DNA from: Hyphomicrobiales bacterium
Lineage (GTDB): Bacteria > Pseudomonadota > Alphaproteobacteria > Rhizobiales > TMED25
NCBI GenBank assembly: GCA_049602435.1
Contig: JBMYRO010000004.1
Location: 10,720-74,719 of the forward strand
Direction of reading: 5' to 3'
DNA: 64,000 bases
The notes below the pieces were generated by a model. It was not told the origin of the DNA and searched no databases. It was given only the letters and a program-made list of their open reading frames with translations. Position 1 is the stretch's first letter, and each line of letters begins with the position of its first letter. The translations under genes were made by a program, and so were the position numbers. Shown here in pieces: positions 19,005 through 28,236 of this stretch.

Positions 19005-20182
19005 TACCGCTCTGATAATTGAATTCGTTTGTTATAAATATTCAATACAAAAGAAGTGAATAAGCTACAGCATTCAAAAAAGATAATTGTCATTGCAATA
19101 ATGATTAAAGCTTGTCCAGTCTGATTTAGTGAAATATTGGCCCATACAGCGACTACTTCTTCATAACCAACTGCCATAGCGAGTGAAGAATTCTTTGTAA
19201 GGTTTAAGTATTGGCTAATTGTTGGAGGTATAATCACACGTAATGCTTGTGGTATTATGACCATTCTGACCATCTGAGACCGGGATAAACCAATTGATCG
19301 TGCAGCTTCAATCTGACCTTTTGATACAGACGCTATACCAGCACGAACGTTTTCAGCAATAAATGCCGATGTATAGATTGTTAGAGAAAACCACAGAGAG
19401 AATAATGGCAGTGGCAATTGTGCACCACCCTTGAAGTTAAATTTCCCAAGAACTGGAACCTCGACAGTCAATGGGGCGCCGAGTGCATAAAACATGATTG
19501 TCGCAAATAAAATTATAAAAACAAGTGATACTGAAAAAATAGGAAGTGTTTTTCCTGTTTCAAAAAATCTTTTCTTTGCCCATTTTCTAAAAAAATACAC
19601 ACCAATAAATGAAAAAAGTATTGCTACTAGCCAAATGTTAAAACTAACACTGTTTTCAATTATCGGCAGAGGAGTTTGTAAGCCTCTTCCATTGAGATAA
19701 AAAACACCTAATTCAAGAGACTGTTTGGGTGGTGGAAGAAATGCCAAGAAAATAGCAAAATTCCAAAACATTATTTGCAGAAGAAGAGGCATATTACGGA
19801 ATATTTCTACGTAGACCAATGAAAATCTTGAAGCTAGCCAATTTGAAGATGACCTCATTATGCCAATGATGAAACCAAGGAATGTTGCAGCAATTATACC
19901 AATTATTGCCACAAGTAATGTATTTAAAACACCGATATAAAATACTTCAATATAGGTTGTTTGGCCTAATTCGAAATCTAAGAATGGGCTAAAACCAACT
20001 TTAAATGGAGCAACCTGATCGAAAAAAGATGTGCTCGTTCTGATGCCTCTCTCTTCAAGATTAAAAATTGTAGATTGATAAATTGATAACAAGGCATAAC
20101 AAACCACAAATAGGAGTAGGCCTTGGATAATCGCAGAACGCAATTTTGGATTCCTGTGTAATGGAATACGATTTGGACTCAC
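19004..20182 (-). CDS. aapQ: General L-amino acid ABC transporter permease
   Basis: NTLLVA, YVEIFRN.PLL, FNF.GG, AFIAE.VRAGI, YLNLTKNSSL motifs. Confidence 0.9.
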   Translation of the reverse strand: MSPNRIPLHRNPKLRSAIIQGLLLFVVCYALLSIYQSTIFNLEERGIRTSTSFFDQVAPFKVGFSPFLDFELGQTTYIEVFYIGVLNTLLVAIIGIIAATFLGFIIGIMRSSSNWLASRFSLVYVEIFRNMPLLLQIMFWNFAIFLAFLPPPKQSLELGVFYLNGRGLQTPLPIIENSVSFNIWLVAILFSFIGVYFFRKWAKKRFFETGKTLPIFSVSLVFIILFATIMFYALGAPLTVEVPVLGKFNFKGGAQLPLPLFSLWFSLTIYTSAFIAENVRAGIASVSKGQIEAARSIGLSRSQMVRMVIIPQALRVIIPPTISQYLNLTKNSSLAMAVGYEEVVAVWANISLNQTGQALIIIAMTIIFFECCSLFTSFVLNIYNKRIQLSER

Positions 20183-20198
20183 AGCTTATACCAAATAG

Positions 20199-20231
20199 AA
20201 AAAAAGCCAAAGGCACTTGGCCTTTGGCTTT
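20199..20231 (-). terminator. Stem-loop followed by a U-tract between aapJ and aapQ (intrinsic terminator or mRNA-stabilising hairpin)
   Basis: Perfect 12-bp inverted repeat AAAGCCAAAGGC-ACTTG-GCCTTTGGCTTT (20203-20231); A-run 20199-20205 reads as a U-tract on the minus strand. Confidence 0.8.
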
Positions 20232-20244
20232 ATAAATGTTGAAA

Positions 20245-21264
20245 TTAACGGATTGGTGGTGAGTAAATTATACCGCCACGTGTCCATAAGTCATTAACTG
20301 AACCTGCTCTTGCAATACCTAGAGGCTCTACAGTTCTTTCATATATTTCACCATAGTTTCCAACTTGTTTAATTGCTTGGTAAGCCCAATCTTGTGATAG
20401 GCCGAGTGATGGACCAGTTTCACCTTCTGAGCCAACAATCCTGCCAACACTTGGATTAGGAGAGTCTGATCTCATAGCATCAACATTTGCAGATGTAATA
20501 CCTAATTCTTCTGCGTTGATTAATGCGTGTAGTGTCCATGTGACAATGTCCATCCATTGGTCGTCACCCTGACGTACAACTGGGCCTAGAGGCTCTTTTG
20601 AAATAATTTCAGGTAACATTGTCCAATCACTTGGGTTAGCAGTTTCTGAACGAATAGCTGCTAATTGAGACGCATCAGAAGTTATTGCATCACATGCACC
20701 ACCTTCAAGACCTTCTCTTGTTCCAACTGATGTAGAATATCCAACTGGTGTATAGTCTAGATTATTATTTCTAAAATAATCTGCCATATTTAGCTCAGTT
20801 GTAGTACCAGTTTGTAAACAAATACTTGCACCATCAAGATCCTTTACTGATGAAAGTCCATCAGCTTTTGCGACCATAAAACCTTGTCCATCAATGAAGT
20901 TATAGTATGTAAAATTAACACCGAGAGTTGCGTCTCTTGTAAGTGTATGTGTTGTATTTCTTGACAATACATCAATTTCTCCAGCTGTAAGCGCTGTAAA
21001 ACGTTCTGCTGCTGTTAGGGGAACGAAGACGACTGCGTCTTTATCACCAAGTACAGCTGCTGCAATAGCATCACAAATTGAGGCATCGATACCAACCATT
21101 CTACCAGCATTGTTTGGAGCTGAGAAACCAGCAACACCACCATCAACACCACAACGTAGCTCACCACGAGCTTGAACGTCTTCAAGTGTTGTAGCAGTAG
21201 ATACACCAGTGAAAGCTAGTCCCATTAGGGCTATTCCACTTAGCAGTAAACTAATCTTTTTCAT
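20245..21264 (-). CDS. aapJ: General L-amino acid ABC transporter substrate-binding protein
   Basis: Signal peptide, RGELRCG, C.AIAAAV.GD, LSRNTT.T..RD, ISKEPLGPVVRQGD, VGNYGEI motifs. Confidence 0.93.
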   Translation of the reverse strand: MKKISLLLSGIALMGLAFTGVSTATTLEDVQARGELRCGVDGGVAGFSAPNNAGRMVGIDASICDAIAAAVLGDKDAVVFVPLTAAERFTALTAGEIDVLSRNTTHTLTRDATLGVNFTYYNFIDGQGFMVAKADGLSSVKDLDGASICLQTGTTTELNMADYFRNNNLDYTPVGYSTSVGTREGLEGGACDAITSDASQLAAIRSETANPSDWTMLPEIISKEPLGPVVRQGDDQWMDIVTWTLHALINAEELGITSANVDAMRSDSPNPSVGRIVGSEGETGPSLGLSQDWAYQAIKQVGNYGEIYERTVEPLGIARAGSVNDLWTRGGIIYSPPIR

Positions 21265-21401
21265 ATTTTTCCTCCCTTTTTATTGTGTCGGTAAGATAAA
21301 ATTTATGATATTCACCGAGTTTAAAAAATAAAAAAAGTTCAACCTTGTTAAGATATTATTAATATTTTGCCGTGGCAAGAATATTTGAAAAAAAAATAAG
21401 C

Positions 21402-22034
21402 TCAAAAAGCTGAAAGAGCGAGATAAAGAGCTGCCAAATACATAATTGAACCGGCAGTTTTATTTAGGATTTTAACAGAATATTCTGTTTTCAATAAAAG
21501 CCTTGCACGTTCAGCAAAGCCCGTAATGAGCATTAATCCCAAAAAGAGAGCAATAAATGTTAGGAAGGATACTAATACTATATCTTCAGCAGTTAAATTA
21601 CTTAAATCCATAAATGTTGGCAGAAAAGCAATATAAAAAAGCATAACTTTAGGGTTAGATAGAGAGATAAAGAAACCTTGAATGAAATTATTTATATGAG
21701 ATTTATGAGGATGATTGTGACTCATTAATTCAATGTTGAGAGGACCATTCCACATCTTCCAACCCAGGTAGAATAAATAAAGTGCTCCAAGTATACTGAT
21801 AATATTAAATAAATAAATCCAATTTGAAGCTAATGCGGCTAATCCGAGACAAACAGCTACGAGATATAATATATCACTAACAATCATACCAATGGCTAGA
21901 TATAAACATGCGTATGCACCTGATGTTAAAGCGCGTGCCAATAACGCAAATACACCGGGACCTGGTGTTATACCAAATATGAAGATAACAATAAAAAATG
22001 ATATTGAACTACTTAATGACATTCCTGATCGCAA
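21402..22034 (-). CDS. LysE/RhtB family translocator
   Basis: TPGPG, GA.YL.YLG, SNPK..LFY.AFLP.F motifs. Confidence 0.9.
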   Translation of the reverse strand: MRSGMSLSSSISFFIVIFIFGITPGPGVFALLARALTSGAYACLYLAIGMIVSDILYLVAVCLGLAALASNWIYLFNIISILGALYLFYLGWKMWNGPLNIELMSHNHPHKSHINNFIQGFFISLSNPKVMLFYIAFLPTFMDLSNLTAEDIVLVSFLTFIALFLGLMLITGFAERARLLLKTEYSVKILNKTAGSIMYLAALYLALSAF

Positions 22035-22057
22035 AATTTAAACATTAACTATGAATC

Positions 22058-23239
22058 CTAAGCATTTACTCCAGCAACAAATCCAGATGACCAAGCCCAC
22101 TGGAAATTATGCCCACCAAGATGGCCCGTGACGTCTACCAATTCCCCAACAAAATATAAACCAGGGTGTTTTTTTACCATCATGGTCTTTGATGATAATT
22201 CATTTGTATCAATACCACCCAAAGTTACTTCGGCAGTACGATAGCCCTCAGATCCATTAGGATGGACAACCCATTTGTTAATTTGCTCACTCAATTGTTC
22301 TAAAACTTTATTTGAATAATCCGAGATGACTCCACTTATTCCATTTTCAGCGCATATACTTAATGATAACCTTTTTGGAATTATCTCCGCTATTATGTTT
22401 GATATATATTGTTTTGGTGTGCTCTTCTTTCGTTCAATCAGAAAGCTAAATGTATCCAAATTTGGAGCTAAATCTATGGAAATATTATCGCCTAACTTCC
22501 AGTAGGATGATATCTGAAGAATTGACGGTCCACTCAAACCTCTATGAGTAAACAACATTCCTTCTCTGAAACTTTCCTTACCATGAGATACAAGAGCATC
22601 TAGAGATAATCCTGATAGTTCTTTGCATTTGCTCAGCAAGCTATCACTAAATGTTAGAGGGACTAGAGCCGGATTTGTATCAACTATTTTTATCCCAAAT
22701 TTTTTTGCCAGCTCGTAACCAAAATTTGTTGCACCCATTTTGGGAATTGATAAGCCTCCCGTAGCAACAACAACTGATTTTGATTTTAGTGTTTCAACTC
22801 CAATATTTACACAAAATAGCTCACCCTCTTTAAAAACCTCATGAACATTCACCTCATGTCGTAAGATGACCCCGGCTTTCTTTGACTCCTCAATTAACAT
22901 ATTGATAATCAACTTAGAACTTTCATCACAGAACAACTGACCCAATGTTTTTTCATGAAAGCGTATGTTGTGTTGCTTAACCAGCCCGATAAAATCTTGG
23001 TTCGAATATTGACTCAAGGCGGATATCACAAAGTTTGGATTTTCTGATATAAAATTACTCTTATTGGTATAGAGGTTAGTGAAATTACATCTACCACCCC
23101 CAGATATTCTTATTTTTTCTCCAAATTTTTTTGAACGCTCAAGTATGATTGTCTGTCGTCCCCGCTTTCCTGCTTGGATAGCGCTCATAAATCCTGCAGC
23201 ACCGCCACCAATTACGATTACGTCAAATAAATTTCCCAT
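22058..23239 (-). CDS. HI0933/BaiN (YhiN) family flavoprotein
   Basis: GGGAAG, KIRISGGGRCNFTN, ATGGLS.P, LFTHRGLSGP, EVTLGG, GHLGGHNFQWAWSSG motifs. Confidence 0.93.
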   Translation of the reverse strand: MGNLFDVIVIGGGAAGFMSAIQAGKRGRQTIILERSKKFGEKIRISGGGRCNFTNLYTNKSNFISENPNFVISALSQYSNQDFIGLVKQHNIRFHEKTLGQLFCDESSKLIINMLIEESKKAGVILRHEVNVHEVFKEGELFCVNIGVETLKSKSVVVATGGLSIPKMGATNFGYELAKKFGIKIVDTNPALVPLTFSDSLLSKCKELSGLSLDALVSHGKESFREGMLFTHRGLSGPSILQISSYWKLGDNISIDLAPNLDTFSFLIERKKSTPKQYISNIIAEIIPKRLSLSICAENGISGVISDYSNKVLEQLSEQINKWVVHPNGSEGYRTAEVTLGGIDTNELSSKTMMVKKHPGLYFVGELVDVTGHLGGHNFQWAWSSGFVAGVNA

Positions 23240-23254
23240 CCCAGGCCAATTAAA

Positions 23255-23449
23255 TTAATAATGGGGAGGTTTCTGATTTGTACTTTCAATATTATTTTCC
23301 AAATCAATAATTATATTTTTTAACTTATTTATTTCTAACTTCAGAGAATTGATTTCTTTTTGCTGAGAGTAAATCTCGCTGCTAAGCTGCGATACCTCAT
23401 TTTGAAGATGTGAAGTAATTTCTTCAAGCTTTTTCATTCCATTATTCAT
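23255..23449 (-). CDS. slyX: SlyX family protein
   Basis: Short coiled coil ending in the diagnostic PPHY. Confidence 0.85.
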   Translation of the reverse strand: MNNGMKKLEEITSHLQNEVSQLSSEIYSQQKEINSLKLEINKLKNIIIDLENNIESTNQKPPHY

Positions 23450-23455
23450 GTATTA

Positions 23456-23479
23456 TTATTCCCATTCAACTCTTATAGT
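23456..23479 (-). repeat. Second degenerate copy of the guaA 3' end (possible att scar)
   Basis: Minus strand ACT ATA AGA GTT GAA TGG GAA TAA (TIRVEWE*); 23456-23467 matches 29926-29937 at 11 of 12 nt. Confidence 0.4.
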
Positions 23480-23535
23480 ACTTTCTAATTACCAACACAA
23501 ATATGAATATTAATAAAAATAAGCTATTAAATTCT

Positions 23536-25323
23536 TCATTCAGTCTGTTCAGATTGTTGCAAAGACCATAAATTACTGTATCGTCCCCTCATTTTTAAAA
23601 GTTGATCATGATTGCCCATTTCAACAACACGTCCATTCTCAAGGAAAACAATCTGATCAGCATTAGCAACTGTTGAGAGACGATGAGCAATCATAATGAC
23701 GGTACGACCCTCTCCAGCGCGTTCAAGGGCATCCTGAATTTCGTGTTCTGTTTCACTGTCTAGGGCACTTGTAGCTTCATCCAGAAGTAATATTGGTGGA
23801 TCCTTTAGAAGAGTTCGCGCAATACCAACACGTTGTTTCTCACCACCCGACAACTTTAGTCCGCGCTCTCCTACCAATGACTCATATCCTTGAGGGAGTG
23901 ACATGATAAAATCATGTATCTGTGCATCTTTTGCAGCTTGAACAACTTCATGTTGCGATGCATTTTCACGACCGTAGGCTATATTATAGAAAATTGTATC
24001 ATTAAAAAGCACTGTATCTTGTGGCACCACACCAATAGCACGATGCAGGCTATCTTGCGTTACATCCCTGATGTCTTGTCCATCAATACAAAGTGCACCT
24101 TCATTAACATCATAAAAGCGAAATAGAAGCCTACCAATAGTAGATTTACCGGAGCCAGATGGACCTACAATTGCCACAGTGTTACCCGCTTTTACATCGA
24201 TATTTATTTTATTTAGTATTGGTCTTTCACTCTCATAAGAGAATTCTACATTTTTAAATGAAACCGAGCCTCCCTTAACAGAAAGCAATCCAGCACCAAT
24301 TTTATCTTTTACCTCAGTTGGTTCTTCAAGCAAATCAAACATTTGCCTCATATCTACAAGTGCTTGCCGTATTTCACGATATACTGTTCCCAGAAAATTT
24401 AATGGCATTGTAATTTGGATCATATACGCATTGACAAGTACAAAATCCCCGACCGTTAGCACTCCAGATTGAACACCGGCGGCAGCTAAGAGCATCACTC
24501 CTACTAATCCTGCAGTGACTAAAACCGCCTGTCCAATATTTAGAAATGCAAGTGAATAACTAGTTTTGAGGGCAGCAGCTTCGTAACCTTCCATTGCTTT
24601 ATCGTATCGCAAAGCTTCTCTTTGCTCAGCATTGAAGTATTTTACTGTTTCAAAATTTAAAAGACTATCAATTGCCTTCTGATTGGCATCGGTATCTTGT
24701 TCATTCATCCTTCGACGTAATTTAACACGCCACTCAGTGACAAAAAAAGTAAACCAAACATAAAATAATATAGTCACAAAGATTATTGCACTGTAACGCC
24801 AATCTTGAAGTTTCCAAAAAATTGCGCCACTGATTAATAGCAGTTCAATAATAAGCGGTATAGTTGAAAAAACTAGGTATCTAAGCAAGAACTCTACACC
24901 TTTGACACCTCTCTCTATAATACGGCTTAAACCACCAGTTTTTCGAGTTATATGGTAACGCATAGATAATTTATGAATATGTTCGAAGGTCTGAAGAGCT
25001 AATCTGCGTAATGCACGCTGCGCAACTTTGGCAAATAATGCATCACGTAATTGTTGAAATCCGCTTGTCATTATTCTTGCAAAACCATAAGCAATAGTTA
25101 GACCGAAAGCTCCCAATACAAAGTCTGATATATTATTTCCTGCTAACTCATCTACGGCCCATGCCTGTAATAATGGTCCAATAATTGCAATTATTTTTGA
25201 TCCAACCAAAGCGAGCAGAGCAAATACCACTCTTAAGCGAAGTTCCGTATCACCAACTGGCCAAATATATGGGGAAACCTGTTTAGTTATTTTCCAGGAT
25301 GCCTGAATTTCGCTGTTTTGCAT
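23536..25323 (-). CDS. ATM1/HMT1-type ABC exporter (fused permease-ATPase)
   Basis: [58 protein letters not shown] motifs. Confidence 0.93.
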   Translation of the reverse strand: MQNSEIQASWKITKQVSPYIWPVGDTELRLRVVFALLALVGSKIIAIIGPLLQAWAVDELAGNNISDFVLGAFGLTIAYGFARIMTSGFQQLRDALFAKVAQRALRRLALQTFEHIHKLSMRYHITRKTGGLSRIIERGVKGVEFLLRYLVFSTIPLIIELLLISGAIFWKLQDWRYSAIIFVTILFYVWFTFFVTEWRVKLRRRMNEQDTDANQKAIDSLLNFETVKYFNAEQREALRYDKAMEGYEAAALKTSYSLAFLNIGQAVLVTAGLVGVMLLAAAGVQSGVLTVGDFVLVNAYMIQITMPLNFLGTVYREIRQALVDMRQMFDLLEEPTEVKDKIGAGLLSVKGGSVSFKNVEFSYESERPILNKINIDVKAGNTVAIVGPSGSGKSTIGRLLFRFYDVNEGALCIDGQDIRDVTQDSLHRAIGVVPQDTVLFNDTIFYNIAYGRENASQHEVVQAAKDAQIHDFIMSLPQGYESLVGERGLKLSGGEKQRVGIARTLLKDPPILLLDEATSALDSETEHEIQDALERAGEGRTVIMIAHRLSTVANADQIVFLENGRVVEMGNHDQLLKMRGRYSNLWSLQQSEQTE

Positions 25324-25352
25324 TAAAATTTAACCTTACTAAATAGATAATT

Positions 25353-26564
25353 TTATTGTGACTTGTTACCTGAAACGAATAGTTCAGCTGGCAATCGGAT
25401 ATGATCTCGACTGATATCAGTAATCCGGTTGACCCCCATGATTGCCATTGTTCTTCTGATTTCGGACTCTAAAATTTCTAACGCCTTAGTAGCTCCAGCT
25501 TCTCCCGCAGCTGCAACACCATAGAGCGTTGCTCGACCAACAGCAATAACATCTGCCCCAAGAGCTATTCCTTTTAGCACATCACTCCCTCGACGTATAC
25601 CAGTATCGGCGATAATAGTAAGTTTACTTCCAACAGCATCTGATATTGCTGGAAGTGCGTCCCACGCTGTAATTGCACTGTCGTTAACATTGCCAGCATG
25701 ATTAGATACAAAAATACCATCTACCCCACATGACGCCGCCATTAAGGCATCATCGGGATGGAGAACACATTTTATCAAGAGCTTTTTAGGCCAAAAATCC
25801 CTCAATCGTTTTACAAACTCCCAGTCCAAGGTTTCATTTCGATTCAGAAATCCTTTAGTTGAAGCAGAAACATAGGTCTTCGCATTTTCCTTTTCTTCGT
25901 CTGGTATATGAATATTTGAAAATGCAGGTAAACGACCTTCTGCCAGATAATATTTTGCAAGCGTACCAAATAACCACCTTGGGTGCATCATAACATCTAA
26001 TGCGGTGCGGGCATTGATGTTAGGAGGGAACTTGAGCCCGTTTCTTATGTCAATTTCTCTATTGTTATAAACAGGGGAATCGACTGTTAGCACAAGTGCC
26101 TCATATCCAGTATCCAGTGCTCGCTTAGCTGTTACGAATGAAGCCTCTATATCTTGCCAAACATATAGCTGAAACCATTGTGTGCCCCCACCGTTTTTAT
26201 AAATATCTTCCATAGGCGTGTTGGAGGTGCTGGCTAATGTGAAAGGTATATTTGCTTTTGCAGCCGCTTTAGCAAGTTCTGTTTCACCACGGTACCAAAC
26301 AAAACCAGCGGGTCCTGTAGGGCCAATAATCATTGGTAATGAATGGTCTTTCCCAAATAGATTTATACCGGGATCTCTTTTAGATACGTCTCGCAGCATC
26401 CTTGGCATAAGTTTTATATTATCCAGTGCCAATCGGTTAGCACGCATATTTACTTGATCTTCACTCCCTTTATCACAAAAATCAAAGAGTGCTTTTGTTA
26501 GGCGCTTTCTCGCTAACTCTCTCAGATCAGCTATATTAAGCACATTCCCTTTAAGATTAGACAT
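25353..26564 (-). CDS. FMN-dependent alpha-hydroxy acid oxidase family protein with a non-canonical active site
   Basis: WFQLY, LTVD, NRE.D, DTGIRRGSD, GRA.LYG motifs; SNHAGNVND in place of SNHGGRQLD. Confidence 0.88.
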   Translation of the reverse strand: MSNLKGNVLNIADLRELARKRLTKALFDFCDKGSEDQVNMRANRLALDNIKLMPRMLRDVSKRDPGINLFGKDHSLPMIIGPTGPAGFVWYRGETELAKAAAKANIPFTLASTSNTPMEDIYKNGGGTQWFQLYVWQDIEASFVTAKRALDTGYEALVLTVDSPVYNNREIDIRNGLKFPPNINARTALDVMMHPRWLFGTLAKYYLAEGRLPAFSNIHIPDEEKENAKTYVSASTKGFLNRNETLDWEFVKRLRDFWPKKLLIKCVLHPDDALMAASCGVDGIFVSNHAGNVNDSAITAWDALPAISDAVGSKLTIIADTGIRRGSDVLKGIALGADVIAVGRATLYGVAAAGEAGATKALEILESEIRRTMAIMGVNRITDISRDHIRLPAELFVSGNKSQ

Positions 26565-26588
26565 ATAAAAATCCTCTAAATTTCATTT

Positions 26589-28220
26589 CTAAGCTACCAA
26601 CCACTGGGCTGCTTTTTCAGCCATCATCAAAGTAGGGCTATTCGTATTACCACTTGTAATGCTTGGCATGGCGCTTGCATCTACTACTCTCAGAGAATTT
26701 ACCACACCGCCACGTCCATCACGCACACGTAATTTGGAATCCAGTACAGCTAATGGATCATCATCGGATCCCATGCTAGCTGTTCCAACTGGGTGGAAGA
26801 TAGTGGTAGCGATGTCGCCAGCTAAACGCGCCAGTTCCTCGTCACTTTGATACTGCTCACCGGGTTTCCATTCTTGAGGCTTGTACTTTTCCAAAGCAGG
26901 CTGGGAGACAATCCGACGGGTAACACGCAAGGAGTCTGCTGCCACTTTTCTATCTTCCTCAGTACTCAAATAATTGGGCACAATATCAGGAGAAGACAAA
27001 AAGTCTGGGCTCGTAATATTTACTTCGCCGCGACTACTTGGATTGAGATTGCAAACGCTCGCAGTGAAAGCTGGGAAGTCATGCAATGGCTCACCAAAGG
27101 CATCTAAGCTCAAAGGCTGCACATGATACTCAATATTCGGATAAGTTTGATCTGCACTACTCCGTGTAAAAGCACCTAACTGTGATGGAGCCATGCTCAT
27201 AGGGCCACTGCGCTTGAATGCATACTCCATTCCGATCTTGGCCTTGCCCCAGAAACTATTTGACAGGGTATTCAGTGTATTTACCCCTTCCACCTTATAA
27301 ACGGATCTAATTTGAAGATGATCCTGAAGATTCTGTCCAACACCCGGTAGGTTCACGATAGTTGTAATACCAAACTTTTGCAGCAAATTAGCTGGCCCAA
27401 TGCCAGACAGTTGGAGGATCTGAGGTGTCCCAATTGAACCTGCGCTTAATACAACCGCTTTATGTGCATTTATAGATATGCGACCATTTGGCAAGGCTAT
27501 GTCGACACCGCTACAATGTGATTGTCCATTTGAGTCTGATGTTAACAGTAATTTGGCAACCTGCGCATGAGTCCATACCTCTAGGTTTGATCGTCCCATT
27601 ATTGGACGTAGAAATGCTCTTGTGGTGTTCCATCTCAACCCACTCTTTTGATTCACATCAAAGTAGCTAACCCCCTCATTGTTTCCACGATTGAAATCTT
27701 CTACTTGCGGTATGCCAGCCTGAACACATGCTTGCGAAAATGCGTCAAGTATATCCCAACGTAAACGTTGCTTTTCTATACGCCACTCACCGCCTACTCC
27801 ATGGAATTCGTTGAACCCTCCATGATAATCTTCATGCTGTACAAAAAAAGGCAAACAATTGTCCCACTTCCAATCATCATCTCCTGTCTTAGCAGCCCAT
27901 TGGTCAAAGTCACGAGCCTGTCCCCTCATATAGATCATCCCATTAATACTGGAGCACCCACCCAGCACTTTACCACGCGGATATCTTAGACTTCGCCCAT
28001 TCAATCCTTTATCTGGCAATGTTTTGTATAGCCAGTCTGTGCGCGGGTTACCTATGCAATACAAGTAACCCACAGGGATATGAATCCAGTGGTAGTTATC
28101 TTTGCCTCCTGCTTCAAGAAGAAGAACACGCTTGGAAGGATCTGCACTTAGTCGGTTAGCCAGTAAACATCCGGCTGTTCCAGCACCTACGATAATATAA
28201 TCAAAATTAGACTCAGTCAT
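26589..28220 (-). CDS. GMC oxidoreductase (3-hydroxypropionate dehydrogenase HpdH-like / choline dehydrogenase family)
   Basis: GAGTAG, WIHIPVGYLYCIGNPRTDW, GK.LGGCSSINGM, NLQDH, HPVGT, SGNTNSP motifs. Confidence 0.88.
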   Translation of the reverse strand: MTESNFDYIIVGAGTAGCLLANRLSADPSKRVLLLEAGGKDNYHWIHIPVGYLYCIGNPRTDWLYKTLPDKGLNGRSLRYPRGKVLGGCSSINGMIYMRGQARDFDQWAAKTGDDDWKWDNCLPFFVQHEDYHGGFNEFHGVGGEWRIEKQRLRWDILDAFSQACVQAGIPQVEDFNRGNNEGVSYFDVNQKSGLRWNTTRAFLRPIMGRSNLEVWTHAQVAKLLLTSDSNGQSHCSGVDIALPNGRISINAHKAVVLSAGSIGTPQILQLSGIGPANLLQKFGITTIVNLPGVGQNLQDHLQIRSVYKVEGVNTLNTLSNSFWGKAKIGMEYAFKRSGPMSMAPSQLGAFTRSSADQTYPNIEYHVQPLSLDAFGEPLHDFPAFTASVCNLNPSSRGEVNITSPDFLSSPDIVPNYLSTEEDRKVAADSLRVTRRIVSQPALEKYKPQEWKPGEQYQSDEELARLAGDIATTIFHPVGTASMGSDDDPLAVLDSKLRVRDGRGGVVNSLRVVDASAMPSITSGNTNSPTLMMAEKAAQWLVA

Positions 28221-28236
28221 AAGGTTCCATTCACGT

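Noticed and set aside
25353-28220. Mycofactocin-like system (MftD-like oxidase next to a GMC oxidoreductase)
   Set aside because: No precursor peptide, RRE protein, radical SAM enzyme or creatininase-like gene in the window; only the active-site Asn is shared
28225-28234. GAATGGAA upstream of the GMC gene as another guaA-end copy
   Set aside because: Too short, lacks the EWE-stop frame; explainable as an SD or chance
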